64,000 nt of DNA, taken from positions 1 to 64,000 of the forward strand of contig KZ538188.1 of the NCBI GenBank assembly GCA_000934665.2, given 5' to 3'. This document shows, one piece after another, positions 51,816 through 63,270 of the stretch. The translations under genes were made by a program, and so were the position numbers. The notes under the pieces were generated by a model. That model did no database searches and was not told the origin of the DNA. It saw only the letters and a list, made by a program, of their open reading frames with translations. The stretch is from Catajapyx aquilonaris (taxonomy: Eukaryota). Each line of letters begins with the position of its first letter. Within the stretch, counting starts at the first letter, position 1.

Positions 51816-54800
51816 TCAAGAAACAATGTTTTTTTCACCATTCTCAACCTGGCACACCTGGCGCAAATGACGTACAAGTACCGAACGATTCTTGAATACT
51901 TTACCGCACCAATTACATTCAAATTCCCGCTCATCTGATTGTCCACATTTATGACTTTTCAATTTTGCAAGAGAAGTAAAACTCTTGGAGCAAAGGTTGC
52001 ACTTGCAAGAGCTCCCTTGTGCATGTGTCAACATGTGTTTATGCAAATGAAGAAGAGAAATAAAACCTTTACTACATTCAGAGCACCCGAATGGTCTCTC
52101 TCCTGTGCGATGGCGTAACATGTGAGTGTGAAACATTCCCTTAGACAGGAGCACCGAATGACAAATGGAACATTTATATTCCTTACTCTCGTAACCATGT
52201 AACCTTTGCCTATGGAGTTGTAGAGATGATCTGTGGACACTTTTATGTGAACAATCTGGGCAACTGTGCAGTGAAGTGTGCACACGCATGTGTGTTCCAA
52301 GACGGGCACCGGAAATGAAACCTTTACCACATTCAGTGCACCTGAATGGTCTCTCTCCTGTGTGACGTCTCACATGAATATCAAACTCGCTCTTAGAAAA
52401 CAGCACTTCACTGCAAGTGGGGCATTTATGTTCCCTATGTCGCATGGTTTTGTAACCGTGAAACTTTCGTCTGTGACGAGTTAGAGTCGATGCACAAGGA
52501 CATTTATATGAGCAATCGGGGCAACTGTGCTTGGACATATCTCCCCCATGAGAAGTTCTCATATGATCCTGCAAACTGTATTTACTAGCCAAGACTTTAG
52601 GGCAGTGTTTGCAAGCATGCCGATTCTTGTCCTTGTGAGTTATTGAGCCACTTTCGTGTATTTTCATATGATTTTTCAGACCTTGCCCCAATTTGAACCC
52701 CTTTCCACATTTATCACACATGAAAGGAGTCTCATCAGAATGTGCCGCTAGATTGTGACGGCCCAGTGACTTTTTGCTACTCATACTCCTTGAACACAAG
52801 CTGCACTTGAATGGCTTCTCACCAGTGTGAGTACGCTCATGTTCAGCAAGTGAGTCCTTGCGAAGGCAAATTTTACTGCAATATTTGCAGGGGTACATTT
52901 TCACAATTTTATGGGCTCGCTTCTTGTGCACACTCAAATGTTGTGGATAATAAAATTTCTCAGAACATAGTTCACAAGCAAATGCAGGGTCGCTGATGTG
53001 GTATGATCTTACGTGTCTAATTAAACCATGACTGGTTGCCATAAATTTTTCACAAAGTGGACAGCGGAGGCATGCCTCTGCACTGCTACTAGAATGGAGA
53101 GAATTTGCACCTTCACCATAATTATCACCTATTCTATCTCCAAGCAATTTTTTGAGTGCTTCCTTCAAACCTTCCCCTGTATGGTCCTTCTGATGTTGTT
53201 TCAAATTGTCATGATTCTTGAAGGATTTATTGCACACACCACATTTGAATGGCCTGTCATCAGAGTGAACCGCCATATGCCTAGCTAGGTACCACCATTT
53301 AGTAAATGATTTGTTGCACTGATCACATGTTAATGACTTTTGACATGTCTGTGAATGAACATGAACACTGAGACCGTTCTTGTATGAAAATACTCTCCCA
53401 CAGTGTTCACACCGGTAAGATCCCTTCTGGGCATGCACTCTCCTGTGAAGCTTTAAACTCCTCATCTTAGTGAAGGCTTTCCCGCAGTCAGAACAAGCAA
53501 GTAACTGTTTCCCTTTCTTCTTCATCCTTTTTCTTGGCAATGCACGATCCTGAAAAAGATGGAAACAACATCAGGATATTGTCAGCATTTTTCACCTTTT
53601 CAGTCACAGAGTTTCATGGTTGTTCCACAGAGAGAGAAGAACATTTTGAAAGAAATCAACACTTGCAAAAATTTTAAAAAAAGACGAGTACAACAGCCAG
53701 CAAGTACAGGTTTTATAACATTGTAAGATTCATGCAAGAGAGGGTCGCAAACTGAAAATTGTGATGTTCCCATTTCTATATCTGTAGAACCTTCCCGCAA
53801 TGCACCACACAAAAAAACGATGGGCCCCTGCAGTGTGTTTGGACTCAACACATGTCGGTGGAATGTGCTAATGTTTTGACGTTTTCGTTCTTTGCATAAT
53901 TTTTCTTTTTGAATTTCAAATTTCAAGGAAATTGGTTAAATTTCATACCGTAACAGGGCTTCTGAAAGCAGCCTCTACCCATAATTTTAGTATTTTAAAA
54001 AAAGGGCAGGCAGGCCTTGCTGATGCAAATGGGCAGAATATATAGTGCTGTGAGTCATTATCAAACAAGCGTAAAAAGTAGGGTCTCCTATATTATTCGT
54101 GAATATTTGGTAACTCCTGATAAGCCTAAATTTCATTCCTTATCCAATCAATGCTAGATAATATCAATCCTCACCTTTTCCAGTTCATTTCTTCCCGTAT
54201 GCTCCTCTTTCTCATGCTCCTTCAATTCCTGCTTTGTCGCAAATGTCTTGGAGCATTTTGTGCAGAATATAATTCGATCGACGACAACAGAAAAGTGCCT
54301 CAATTCCACCTGAAATTTAAATTGCGATGTTATTTACTGCATGTCACTGCATCAACTGCAACCCAATGTCTGACTCACCCCCTGCACAAAGTAGTGTGAC
54401 GAAGGAATTTCCTTTTTGATGTCATGAGTCCGGAGGTGTTGCTCCTAAAAAAAGGGGGAGAAAGAAAGGTGGGTCATTCCATGTAAATTCAGTTAAATTT
54501 TCAGAAAATTTGTGGCTCGACCCCTTTCAATTAAAAAAAAATAATTAATGAGTATGTAGCCATGCAGAACTTAATTCCAACTCCAAAATTGTACACACCT
54601 GGAGTTATATTTCACCGAGATACAAGCATGACAATCTCAACAATGTACGCACACCGCCATATATTCCATTGTTAAACCATTACATTGTATTCCTACATGA
54701 TACATATCAAATGAAAGGTCATGAACAGGAGAATTTTATGGTGAAATAAAATTTCATCGAATGTTTTATTTGAAATTATAAACAAATGAAACACACAATC

Positions 54801-57358
54801 TCAATTTACTCTGTACCAGAAATAAGGGCGGTTGTGAATATCCGAAGTAGAGAGAGGTCGGCCTGGCCTTGCCATGTCCGACGTGCCTTGTCAACCACTG
54901 CGGAAATGGCGTACCCAGTCCTTCACTGTCGAGTACGCCACGTAAGTGTCTCCATACACAGCCCTCATGCGTGTATGAATCTCCTTCGGTCCCGCTCCCC
55001 CTGCACACAGGAACTGAATTACTGCCCGTTCGTCCGCCTTCGACGCGCCTGATATGGTGAATGGTAAATATGGTAAATGTGAGGTAAGACTTTGCAATAC
55101 CTCTATGCCTGATTTGACCTCACCGGACCTCGCATAGCATTAACCAGTATCAGATATAAGTTTCAAGGTATCATACAATCTAGCCTACACATACGAGAGA
55201 AGTTCTAATCAAATGTACCGTACATGATGCTATGAGTCGTGGGACTGGGTCGGTGGGCTCCATGGAGAGCGCCGGAAACGAGTAAAGGCCGCTTCACAAA
55301 CTCGGCAATGCGAAAGCGGGGCGAAATGCCCGTTTTACAAACCCGGATTTGCGCGAGCGGGGCGTGCGGAGAGCGGAAAATTTGCGCAGGGCTGTTCACA
55401 AATGCTGCGTGCGATGACCGAGCGCGGGCGTTGCGCTGGCATCCAATCGCGGGTGGACTTTTTGCGTGCGATGAGCGGAAGGCCCACACGCCACGATTTC
55501 GCAACACCGAGTTTGTGAAGCGGCCTTAAGTAATAAAATTCAAATCGGGATCATAAGCCTGGGGGGGAGAGAAATTTTTGCACTGGTGTGTGGCTCAGAT
55601 GTTCCTCTGCCCAGAAATAAATAGGTGTTCAATTATCTCGTGGTGTTTTTGAGAAAATTATTTCCTTCCAAACCATGTTTTGCGAAGTTGACAATGTTCA
55701 ACAATGGGTCCAGTGTTAACCTTTGACTTCAAAGCTTAACAAAGCTGATAAGTAGAGAGGGTATGAGTTGTACTCAAAGTCTACATGTTTCATTTGCCCA
55801 CAAATGTTTTTTTTTTTTTGCAAAGAAAAAAATTCGCGAAAACTGCTAAAATGTCGTAAAACAGCATTTTTGCCAATTTTTTGCGCGGTTGCTAATTATA
55901 CATTCGCAATTTATTTCATATCGAAAATTCAGACCTAGGTAGGCAGTTGCTCCATTCCAAATTTTGTTTTTCTGTAATGCATAGGAAAATTGGTACACGC
56001 GTCCAAAGTTGAGAAAAAATGAACTTGGAGAAATAGCAGATTTGGTACCCCAGCGGTTATGATTTTTTTTCATGGCAAATAAAAAATGACACTGGAAAAT
56101 AGCCAGTGTCATTCGCCATCATTTCCACAGAGGTACTTCGTGTAATTTTTCCGTAATAATCGGACACCAAGCCCTGACCAACTTTTCTGGATCTGGCCTG
56201 ATTTGAAATGGAACCACCCTGCAATTTTCATTCTAGCTACCTCTTGCTCAGACCCTATACAGGGTGGTCGGTAAATGGCGCACAAGCTTCAGGTAGCGAG
56301 ATTCGTTGTGAAAAACCAGTACATGGAAGTGAAGGTCATATTGCTCTACGAGGCCTGGTTAGGGCTCACGAGGCCTCCAAAGTTTGGGCCAAATCATGGC
56401 GTCACATCCGCCCGCGAAATTCAAACACTACCGTATCGCTACTGTCTGTGATTTCGTTGCCAGGGATTGCCATGTTGACATCCCCCACATCTCCACCCTA
56501 CAATGGAACCGTATAAACTCATATGGACGTTGCCAGGCATTGCCATACCTTCGTCGCCGCGTGCCTGGCAACGTCCATATGAGTTTATACGGTTCCATTG
56601 TAGGGTGGAAATGTGGGGGATGTCAACATGGCAATCCCTGGCAACGAAATCACAGACAGTAGCGATACGGTAGTGTTTGAATTTCGCGGGCGGATGTGAC
56701 GTCATGATTTGGCCCAAACTTTGGAGGCCTCGTGAGCCCTAACCAGGCCTCGTAGAGCAATATGACCTTCACTTCCATATACTGGTTTTTCACAACGGAT
56801 CTCGCTACCTGAAGCTTGTCCGCCATTTACCGACCACCCTGTATTTACTTACTGCAGGTGCTTCTACCATAACATTTTCTTCTGCCTCTGACTTGACACG
56901 CCGCAGTGGTGAATGGAATGTCGTTTCAAGGGCCTCCCTGCCAACAGGGCCATCTTCATTTGCCCCATCCCGACCTCCTCCCTCTCCTTTGACGTGGCAC
57001 GGCCACAGAGCTGGTCCTTCCTCCTGAAGAAGACAACAATTATTCGAATGATCAGAAGGGTGTCCATGGCCACCATTTCCAATGCCCCCAATCCCCCTCC
57101 CCAAACAACCCATGCCAAGTGGGGGCCAACCTCCACTTTGATGTCCATCTCCAGTCCTCCTCCTTCTTCCTCCTTCACCTGGCCACCATCTCCTGGTCCG
57201 TCCTCTTCCTCTTCTGCGTTCCTCCTGACCAGGTCCCACCTGCTGTGGGTGAAGCTGTGCACCAGGAGCTCCAGGTGCGTGGGGAATGTCTGGAGGCAGC
57301 AGCGACACTCGTGCAGGGCGCTGGAGGTCGGACCCTCCTCCTCCTCCCGAGTGGACAT
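51816..57358 (-). CDS. Zinc-finger paralog F, 5 exons, apparently intact
   Basis: Exons 57358-57131, 57023-56853, 54444-54379, 54309-54175, 53549-51816; phase 0, GT-AG. Confidence 0.88.
54845..55050 (-). pseudogene. Mariner transposase N-terminal HTH fragment
   Basis: ERAVIQFLCAGGAGPKEIHTRMRAVYGDTYVAYSTVKDWVRHFRSG*..DMARPGRP resembles the mariner N-terminal DNA-binding region; in-frame stop, truncated. Confidence 0.85.
55286..55526. mobile_element. PIF/Harbinger-type MITE, GC-rich
   Basis: TAA|AGGCCGCTTCACAAACTCGG ... CCGAGTTTGTGAAGCGGCCT|TAA. Confidence 0.88.
56260..56841. mobile_element. 582-bp near-perfect fold-back Tc1/mariner-type element
   Basis: TA|CAGGGTGGTCGG..CCGACCACCCTG|TA; 280-bp arms (56260-56539, 56562-56841), 22-nt loop, about five mismatches. 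Confidence 0.93.
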
Positions 57359-57534
57359 GGCCTGTTGTTCCTCCTCCAGCCCTGGCCTCACCAGATCCCC
57401 CAAAAGGGAATAGGATCCGAGGCCCCCTTCTTCTTCTTCCTTTTCCCGACCAGAGGAGAAGAGGACGATAAGAAGAAGAGAAGGCTTCTCATTCGGCCAT
57501 GTTGGGCGAGTCCGAATAGCAACGGGCTTCCCTG

Positions 57535-57736
57535 CAGTGTTGCCAACATGACCCGTAGAAACTACCGTACCCGTGACCGTACCACAAGAGTCAAAATTAC
57601 CGGATGTCGCCTAAAATTACCGTACATTTTGAAACATCGCATTTTGCGAATGAAACATTCGGGGGAAAATATTAGATAGGGTAAATATGTAACTTACCCC
57701 TACCCCCCACAATCACCGCACCTGTTGGCGACGCTG
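57535..57736. mobile_element. hAT-like MITE in the upstream region of paralog F
   Basis: CAGTGTTGCCAACA / TGTTGGCGACGCTG; degenerate TSD (ttccctg / ttctctg); paralog B shows the empty site near 42145. Confidence 0.75.
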
Positions 57737-57777
57737 TTCTCTGGCCTCGTCCGAATATGCCGTTGGCAGTTCTAATT

Positions 57778-57830
57778 CCTGCCAACAGATGGCGAGAGTG
57801 GTGCGGGTGGTGGCCGCCATCTCGTGACAA
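57778..57830. promoter_or_regulatory. Same CTCF-like motif pair upstream of paralog F
   Basis: CCAACAGATGGCG on + and CACGAGATGGCGG on -. Confidence 0.5.
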
Positions 57831-58229
57831 ATTCGGTAACTACTCAGATATGTGGCTGGACATTTTTTGAAACTCTGGCGGCAAATCTTTACTATTTACT
57901 TTATTATTATTATTCAGTAAAAATACAACACAATAACTTCGAACCCGTCATTTTTACATGAGACTCGAAGAGACATGATCAACTGGAGCCACTAAACTTG
58001 AGTCAAAAATGTGACATAAAAAAAAATGGGTCCGACATCAAAACGTGACATTTACAGTACGCCATGTATCGTGGGTGCTTGGAAATGTCATATTCTCCCA
58101 CCATGAAAACATGCTGCATACGCTGGAGTAAATCCATCGGTTTTTCTGCCCTTCCCCTGTTGCGTTGGTATGTTGGACCTAACCAAGCTCTGAACTACTC
58201 CGAACCCGCTCCAGAACCAGGTTCAACTG

Positions 58230-58320
58230 ATAACGAAATGATTTGTTGCATATATCACAAGTGAAGGACATTTGACATGCCTGTGCACGAACATGATTGG
58301 TGAGACAGCCCCTGTTTGTA
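58230..58320 (-). pseudogene. Orphan zinc-finger exon fragment
   Basis: Matches the family segment encoding HVRAQ.CQ.S.TCD.CNKSF; isolated, about 90 bp. Confidence 0.6.
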
Positions 58321-59233
58321 TAATTATGCAGATTTATTCACACAAAAAGGATAAATGTCTGTTGGATGTTTGCCACGTTAAGAGCCTCAATCTTGATGAA
58401 TGACCCACTGTGCATTATTTTTGAAATGCCCCTTGCATTTACACACTTGACTCATCACATTTGTGAAGGTGAAAAATCTTTATTCGTCCTAGCATACAGT
58501 TTTTTTCACTTGCAGAACACTGTGCTCAAGCCACTGCCTCACTCGACCCAGCATTTTAAAGGTCGGCTGCACAGAGGGAGTGGTCAACAGCAGGTGACAT
58601 TATTGTAACATGTTTTTACTCTGTATGAATAATAATGTGCACAAAAATATAATACAGTTGAATCCGGATATAACAGCTTCAGCTGTAACAGACTTGAAAA
58701 GCCAGTCCCGGCATACTTCCATAACGCCCTGTGCATTTTTACTCCTGATATAATATACTCATTTTTCACCTCACAGCTCACGTCAGCTATAATAGACATT
58801 TGAAGTTACATCCCGTACAAAATTCTGCAGATATTTTGTCCCCAACGCACAGTACCCATCAGGATGACCCCAAGGAAATTATCTAAAATAGGGCATAGTG
58901 ACACAGTATAATCAATCAAGAACTATGCTATCCAATACCTCATAGGTAGTAGCAGCACTGGAGTATCCCAAATCAAACAACACTATTTTAGATTAATTTA
59001 ATTTATGGATGAGATTCTTTGCGCCTTTTCGTGGATAATTTAATTAATTGATTAGTGTGCATTATAAGTATGTGGAAAGTAGAAAACTTTGTGTTTTTGT
59101 TGTAAAAGTGGCAACATGGCTATACCAGACCTCGGTTGTTGTAACATACTTTTTCAACAGTCCCTTGAAATGGTACATCCAGATTCAACTGTATATGGCG
59201 GTACAATCGTGAAGTGACAACATATCCAACCAT

Positions 59234-62200
59234 TCAAGAGACAATGTTTTTTTCACCATTTTCAACCTGGCATTTGCGCAAATGACGTACAAGAACCGAA
59301 CGATTCTTGAATACTTTGCAACACCAATTACATTGAAATTGCCGCTCATCTGATTGTCCACATTGATGACTTTCCAATTTTGCAAGAGAAGTAAAACTCT
59401 TGGAGCAAATGTTGCACTTGCAAAAGCTCCCTTGCGCATGTGTCAACATGTGTTTATGCAAATGAAGATGAGAAATAAAACCTTTGCCACATTTAGTGCA
59501 CCTGAATGGTCTCTCTCCTGTGTGACGTCTCATATGAATTTCAAACTTGCTCTTGGAAAGTAGCACTTGATTACAAATAGAGCATTTATATTCCCCATAT
59601 CTTCTTGTTTTGTAACCATGATACATTTGTCTGTGACGAAATAGAGCCATTCGGCTGGGACATTTATATGAGCAATCAGGGCAACTGAACTGGGACATGT
59701 CTGCCCCATGAAAACTTCTCATGTGATCCTGCAAACCCTTATTACTAGCTAAGACTTTATGGCACTGTTTGCAAGGATGCTGCCCCCTGGTTTTGCAACG
59801 TATGCCACTTTCGTGTGCTTTCATGTGATATTTCAGATCTTGCCTCAGTTTGAATCCCTTTCCACATTTATCACAAATGAAACGAGTCACATCAGAATGT
59901 AGCAATTGTTCGTGGCGCTGCATCGACACTTTAAAACTGAAGCTCTTTGAACAGAAACTACACTTGTATGGCTTCTCACCTGTGTGACTCCGCTCATGTG
60001 TAATAAGTGTAGATTTGTAAAGGCACTCTTTACCACAATATTTGCACAGGTACTTTTCCCCAACATTATGGGCGCTCCTCTTGTGCACAAGCAAGTGATG
60101 CCCAGATTTAAATTCTTCAGAACATAAATTGCAAGCATACGACTTGTCATGGGCATGGTAAATCTTTACATGGTTAATTAAACCCCTCCTGGATGCCAGA
60201 TTTTTTTCACAAAACGGACAGCCGAGCGGTGCATCTGTACTGCTGCTACATTGGAGGGAATTTTCATTTTCACCAATAGTATCACCCATTCCATCTCCAA
60301 GTATTTCATTGAGTGCTTCCTTCACACCTTCCCGTGTATGGACCTTCTGATGATACTTCAAATTGTAAGGAGACTTGAAGGACTTATTGCACCTGTCACA
60401 ATTGAAGGAGGGCCTGTCATCCGAGTGAACAACCATGTGATTTGACAGGTACTTGTGAGAAAGAAATAATTTGTTGCACTGATAACAAGTTAATGATGTT
60501 TGACATGTCTGTGCACGAACATGTCTAATGAAATTGATCCTCCTTGAAAATACTCTCCCGCAGTGTTCACACTTGAGAGATTCCTCCTTGGCGTGCTCTT
60601 TCCTGTGATCCCGTAAATGCTTCACCTTGCAAGAGATTTTTCCGGGGTCAGGACAAGCTAGTAACTGTACCTCTTTCCTCTTGACTTCCCTGCTTGGCGA
60701 TGTACGATCCTGAAAAAGATGTAAATCATATCAGGATAATTTCAGAATATTACATGTTTTCAACCCAAGATTATGTGTTTGTTCCACTGACAACCAAAGT
60801 AATTCTTTTTACCCTCCTAAATTTTGAAATTTTTTGAAAAATTTTGGATTTTCCAATTCTGCTTGCCCTATAGTGTTTTGCAAACATCACCTCTCCTGCT
60901 ATTTGTCACGTTAGCAGGGTCAAAATAACAAACCAAAAGGCGATATTCCGAAGCCACAACACGTGCACCCGGTCGCTTGTTGCATGTCCACCGGTCCCGG
61001 CTGACCGGTCGCAAGTTGTCACGACTGATATCAGTGATATGTAAATGATTGATTAAACTTGATTCATAAATTGCTACATTAAATTGATTTCGAAGCATGT
61101 GAGGTGATATTCTACTCATTCGCGCCACCCTAGAGCAAGCTACAGTCTGGGCGATTGGGACCTGGGACCGGCTGCTAGTGTTGTGGCTTCGGAATATCGC
61201 CTTTTGCCTTGTATTTTGACGTGAAAATTAGCAGCAGAGGTGATGTTTGCACAACACTATATAGGCCAAGCAACAACAACAACAACAACATCACGACATT
61301 TCCCTATGAAGGGTAGTTTAGCAGAATTAGAAAATCCAAAAATTTACCAAATTTGGGAGGGCAAGAAGAGTTACTTTGGTTGCGAGTGACACGAATGTTT
61401 TCAAGAAAATCAACACTCTTTTAAAATAAAAATGACCAGTATCATCACCAGTAGTAGGTGTTGCAGGAATGTGGCAAAGTTTCGATTTTCTGTTAATTTG
61501 CCTTTTTTTGTAAAAAAGTCTTCATTTTTAAGACAATTTTGATAGGGCAAGTTAATGTAAAATGGAGCTTCTTAAAACAGCCTTACTGTAGTTTTAGCAC
61601 TGGGGAATGAAAAGCAGTCGCTGTTGGTGCAAAAGAGCAGAATATATCATGGTTATGAGTCATTACTAGAGTCGGTTCAAAAACTATCCCAAAAAATAGG
61701 CATGAAAAGTTGCAAAAAGGCAGAATAGGCAAAATAGTTTCCAAAACCACGAAATAGGCAATTTTAGGCACTATAAAAACCTGCATTTTCCACATCCTGC
61801 ACTTATGAAACAGTTAGATCTCTTCACAAAACCATCCAAACTGCAAAGGAACTAATTAGGCATTTGCCTAAAAATCTGGACTCTTAGTCATTACCTACCA
61901 AGTTTGAAAAGTGTAGGAGCTCCTGGATTATTCATCCCCACTAATAATAATAAGAAGAAGTCGTAACCTGGGACGTTGACCAAGGATAGGCCCAAACGCA
62001 TTCCTAATCATAAGCCATGCTTGGTAAATTGGTTCTCACCTCGTCCAGTTCATTTCCTCCCGTATGCTCTTCTCTCTCATGCTCCTTCAATTCCTCCTTT
62101 GTCAAAAATGGCTCGGAGCATTTTGGGCAGAACACAACGGGACCCACCACAATCGAAAAGTGCCTCAGTTCTACCTGCAATTTAAATTACGTTGTAAATT

Positions 62201-62332
62201 AATTGCGTAATATCATGGCACCATTTCCCAGCATCCAATCACATTGTAACTCAATGGCTTACTCACCCCTTGCACAAAGTAGTGTGATGAAGTAATTGCC
62301 ATTTTGATGGCAGGATAGGGAAGATGTTGCTC
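59234..62332 (-). CDS. Zinc-finger paralog G, exons 3-5 (exons 1-2 presumably beyond the window end)
   Basis: Exons 62332-62267, 62174-62040, 60709-59234; 3' flank 58925-59233 closely resembles the 3' flank of F (51520-51815). Confidence 0.85.
60785..61388. mobile_element. CACT-ended element with long imperfect inverted arms
   Basis: CAACCAAAGTAA/TTACTTTGGTTG, AAACATCACCTCT/AGAGGTGATGTTT and AAAAGGCGATATTCCGAAGCCACAACAC/GTGTTGTGGCTTCGGAATATCGCCTTTT pairs. Confidence 0.8.
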
Positions 62333-62852
62333 CTAAAAAATAAAATAAAATAAAAACATGCGAACATGTTACCTTGCGAATGTTAAATATGAACTGCAAC
62401 TACAACTGCCTCTTCCGTCTCACAAAGGGAGGCACTACCAGTGTGCTCACAAATTTTCAGATGTGGTCACAGGGAGAAAGCCAATATAATTATCTTGCTC
62501 TATTCATCTGTGCAAATTTCATTCAAGCTATCATAAAATGTCTCCAAATATTTCAACACACCTGTTCTTTTGGATTTGTGAACACACTTTTAGGAGCGTA
62601 ACTTCACACTAATGATTTACAAAGAAGCACAATATATAACAGGCTTTCCAAGTTCTTGTGTCATTTTTTGGTTATCATTAATATTGCCCAAATGCAGTTA
62701 TTTTTGTACAGCTGCTTGTATCAAGGTGCCCTATTACTCCAAGATGGTCGCAGAGAGCAGTTTCTATTATCACCTGGTCAAGGACTTGCAACAAGCTACT
62801 AGAATAACAGTTTAGTGTGAAATTTCCTTTAACTGAAAGTATTAATATGTTA

Positions 62853-63252
62853 GGTGCAGTCAATAAAAAAACGAGCCGTATTTATTGTAGAAAACCTATG
62901 GGACAGACGACGTGGAGGAAGGATTGCGGATATGGTTCCAGGAACAACCCAAGAACTTCTATGAGCAGACCATTGTATGCCTTGTGGCTCAGTGGGATAA
63001 TATTGTCTAAATCATCATGGGCAATACTTTTTTAAAATTATTAAATATTACATTGATATTGCCTTCCGCTTGGTTTTATTGACTGGACAGCTCTTTTGGC
63101 TGATTGCTTCCCTTTCAATCCCTCTAGCCGCACAGATACATACGCATAATTTTCTTTACGGTTGGAGCATTATCCCACCCATTCGGATTTATTGTTGGTC
63201 CCATATTTTTCCGAAAATATATATATACGGCTCGTTATTTATTGACTGAACC
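62853..63252 (+). mobile_element. Mariner-derived non-autonomous element carrying the transposase C-terminus
   Basis: TA|GGTGCAGTCAATAAAAAAACGAGCCG ... CGGCTCGTTATTTATTGACTGAACC|TA; 62910-63032 reads VEEGLRIWFQEQPKNFYEQTIVCLVAQWD/CLNHHGQYF. Confidence 0.8.
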
Positions 63253-63270
63253 TATTACTTGGAACATGTA

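Larger units (their letters stand above)
54471..56219. mobile_element. Composite TIR element with nested inserts, in intron 2 of paralog F
   Basis: Left end GGGTCATTCCATGTAAAT, right end (reverse complement) GGGTGGTTCCATTTCAAAT; no TSD seen; a related end lies near 33865-33887. Confidence 0.5.

Noticed and set aside
56384..56717. Two nearly identical 92-aa ORFs on opposite strands
   Set aside because: A by-product of the palindrome; no domain similarity
26389..57679. Long + strand Ser/Pro-rich ORFs opposite the zinc-finger first exons (26389, 41692, 45424, 56913, 57119)
   Set aside because: Antisense shadows of GC-rich, Glu-rich coding exons
61463..61799. Possible MITE (CAGGAATGTGG / CCACATCCTG), partly similar to 37040-37125
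   Set aside because: Very short imperfect TIR and no TSD; boundaries not supportable
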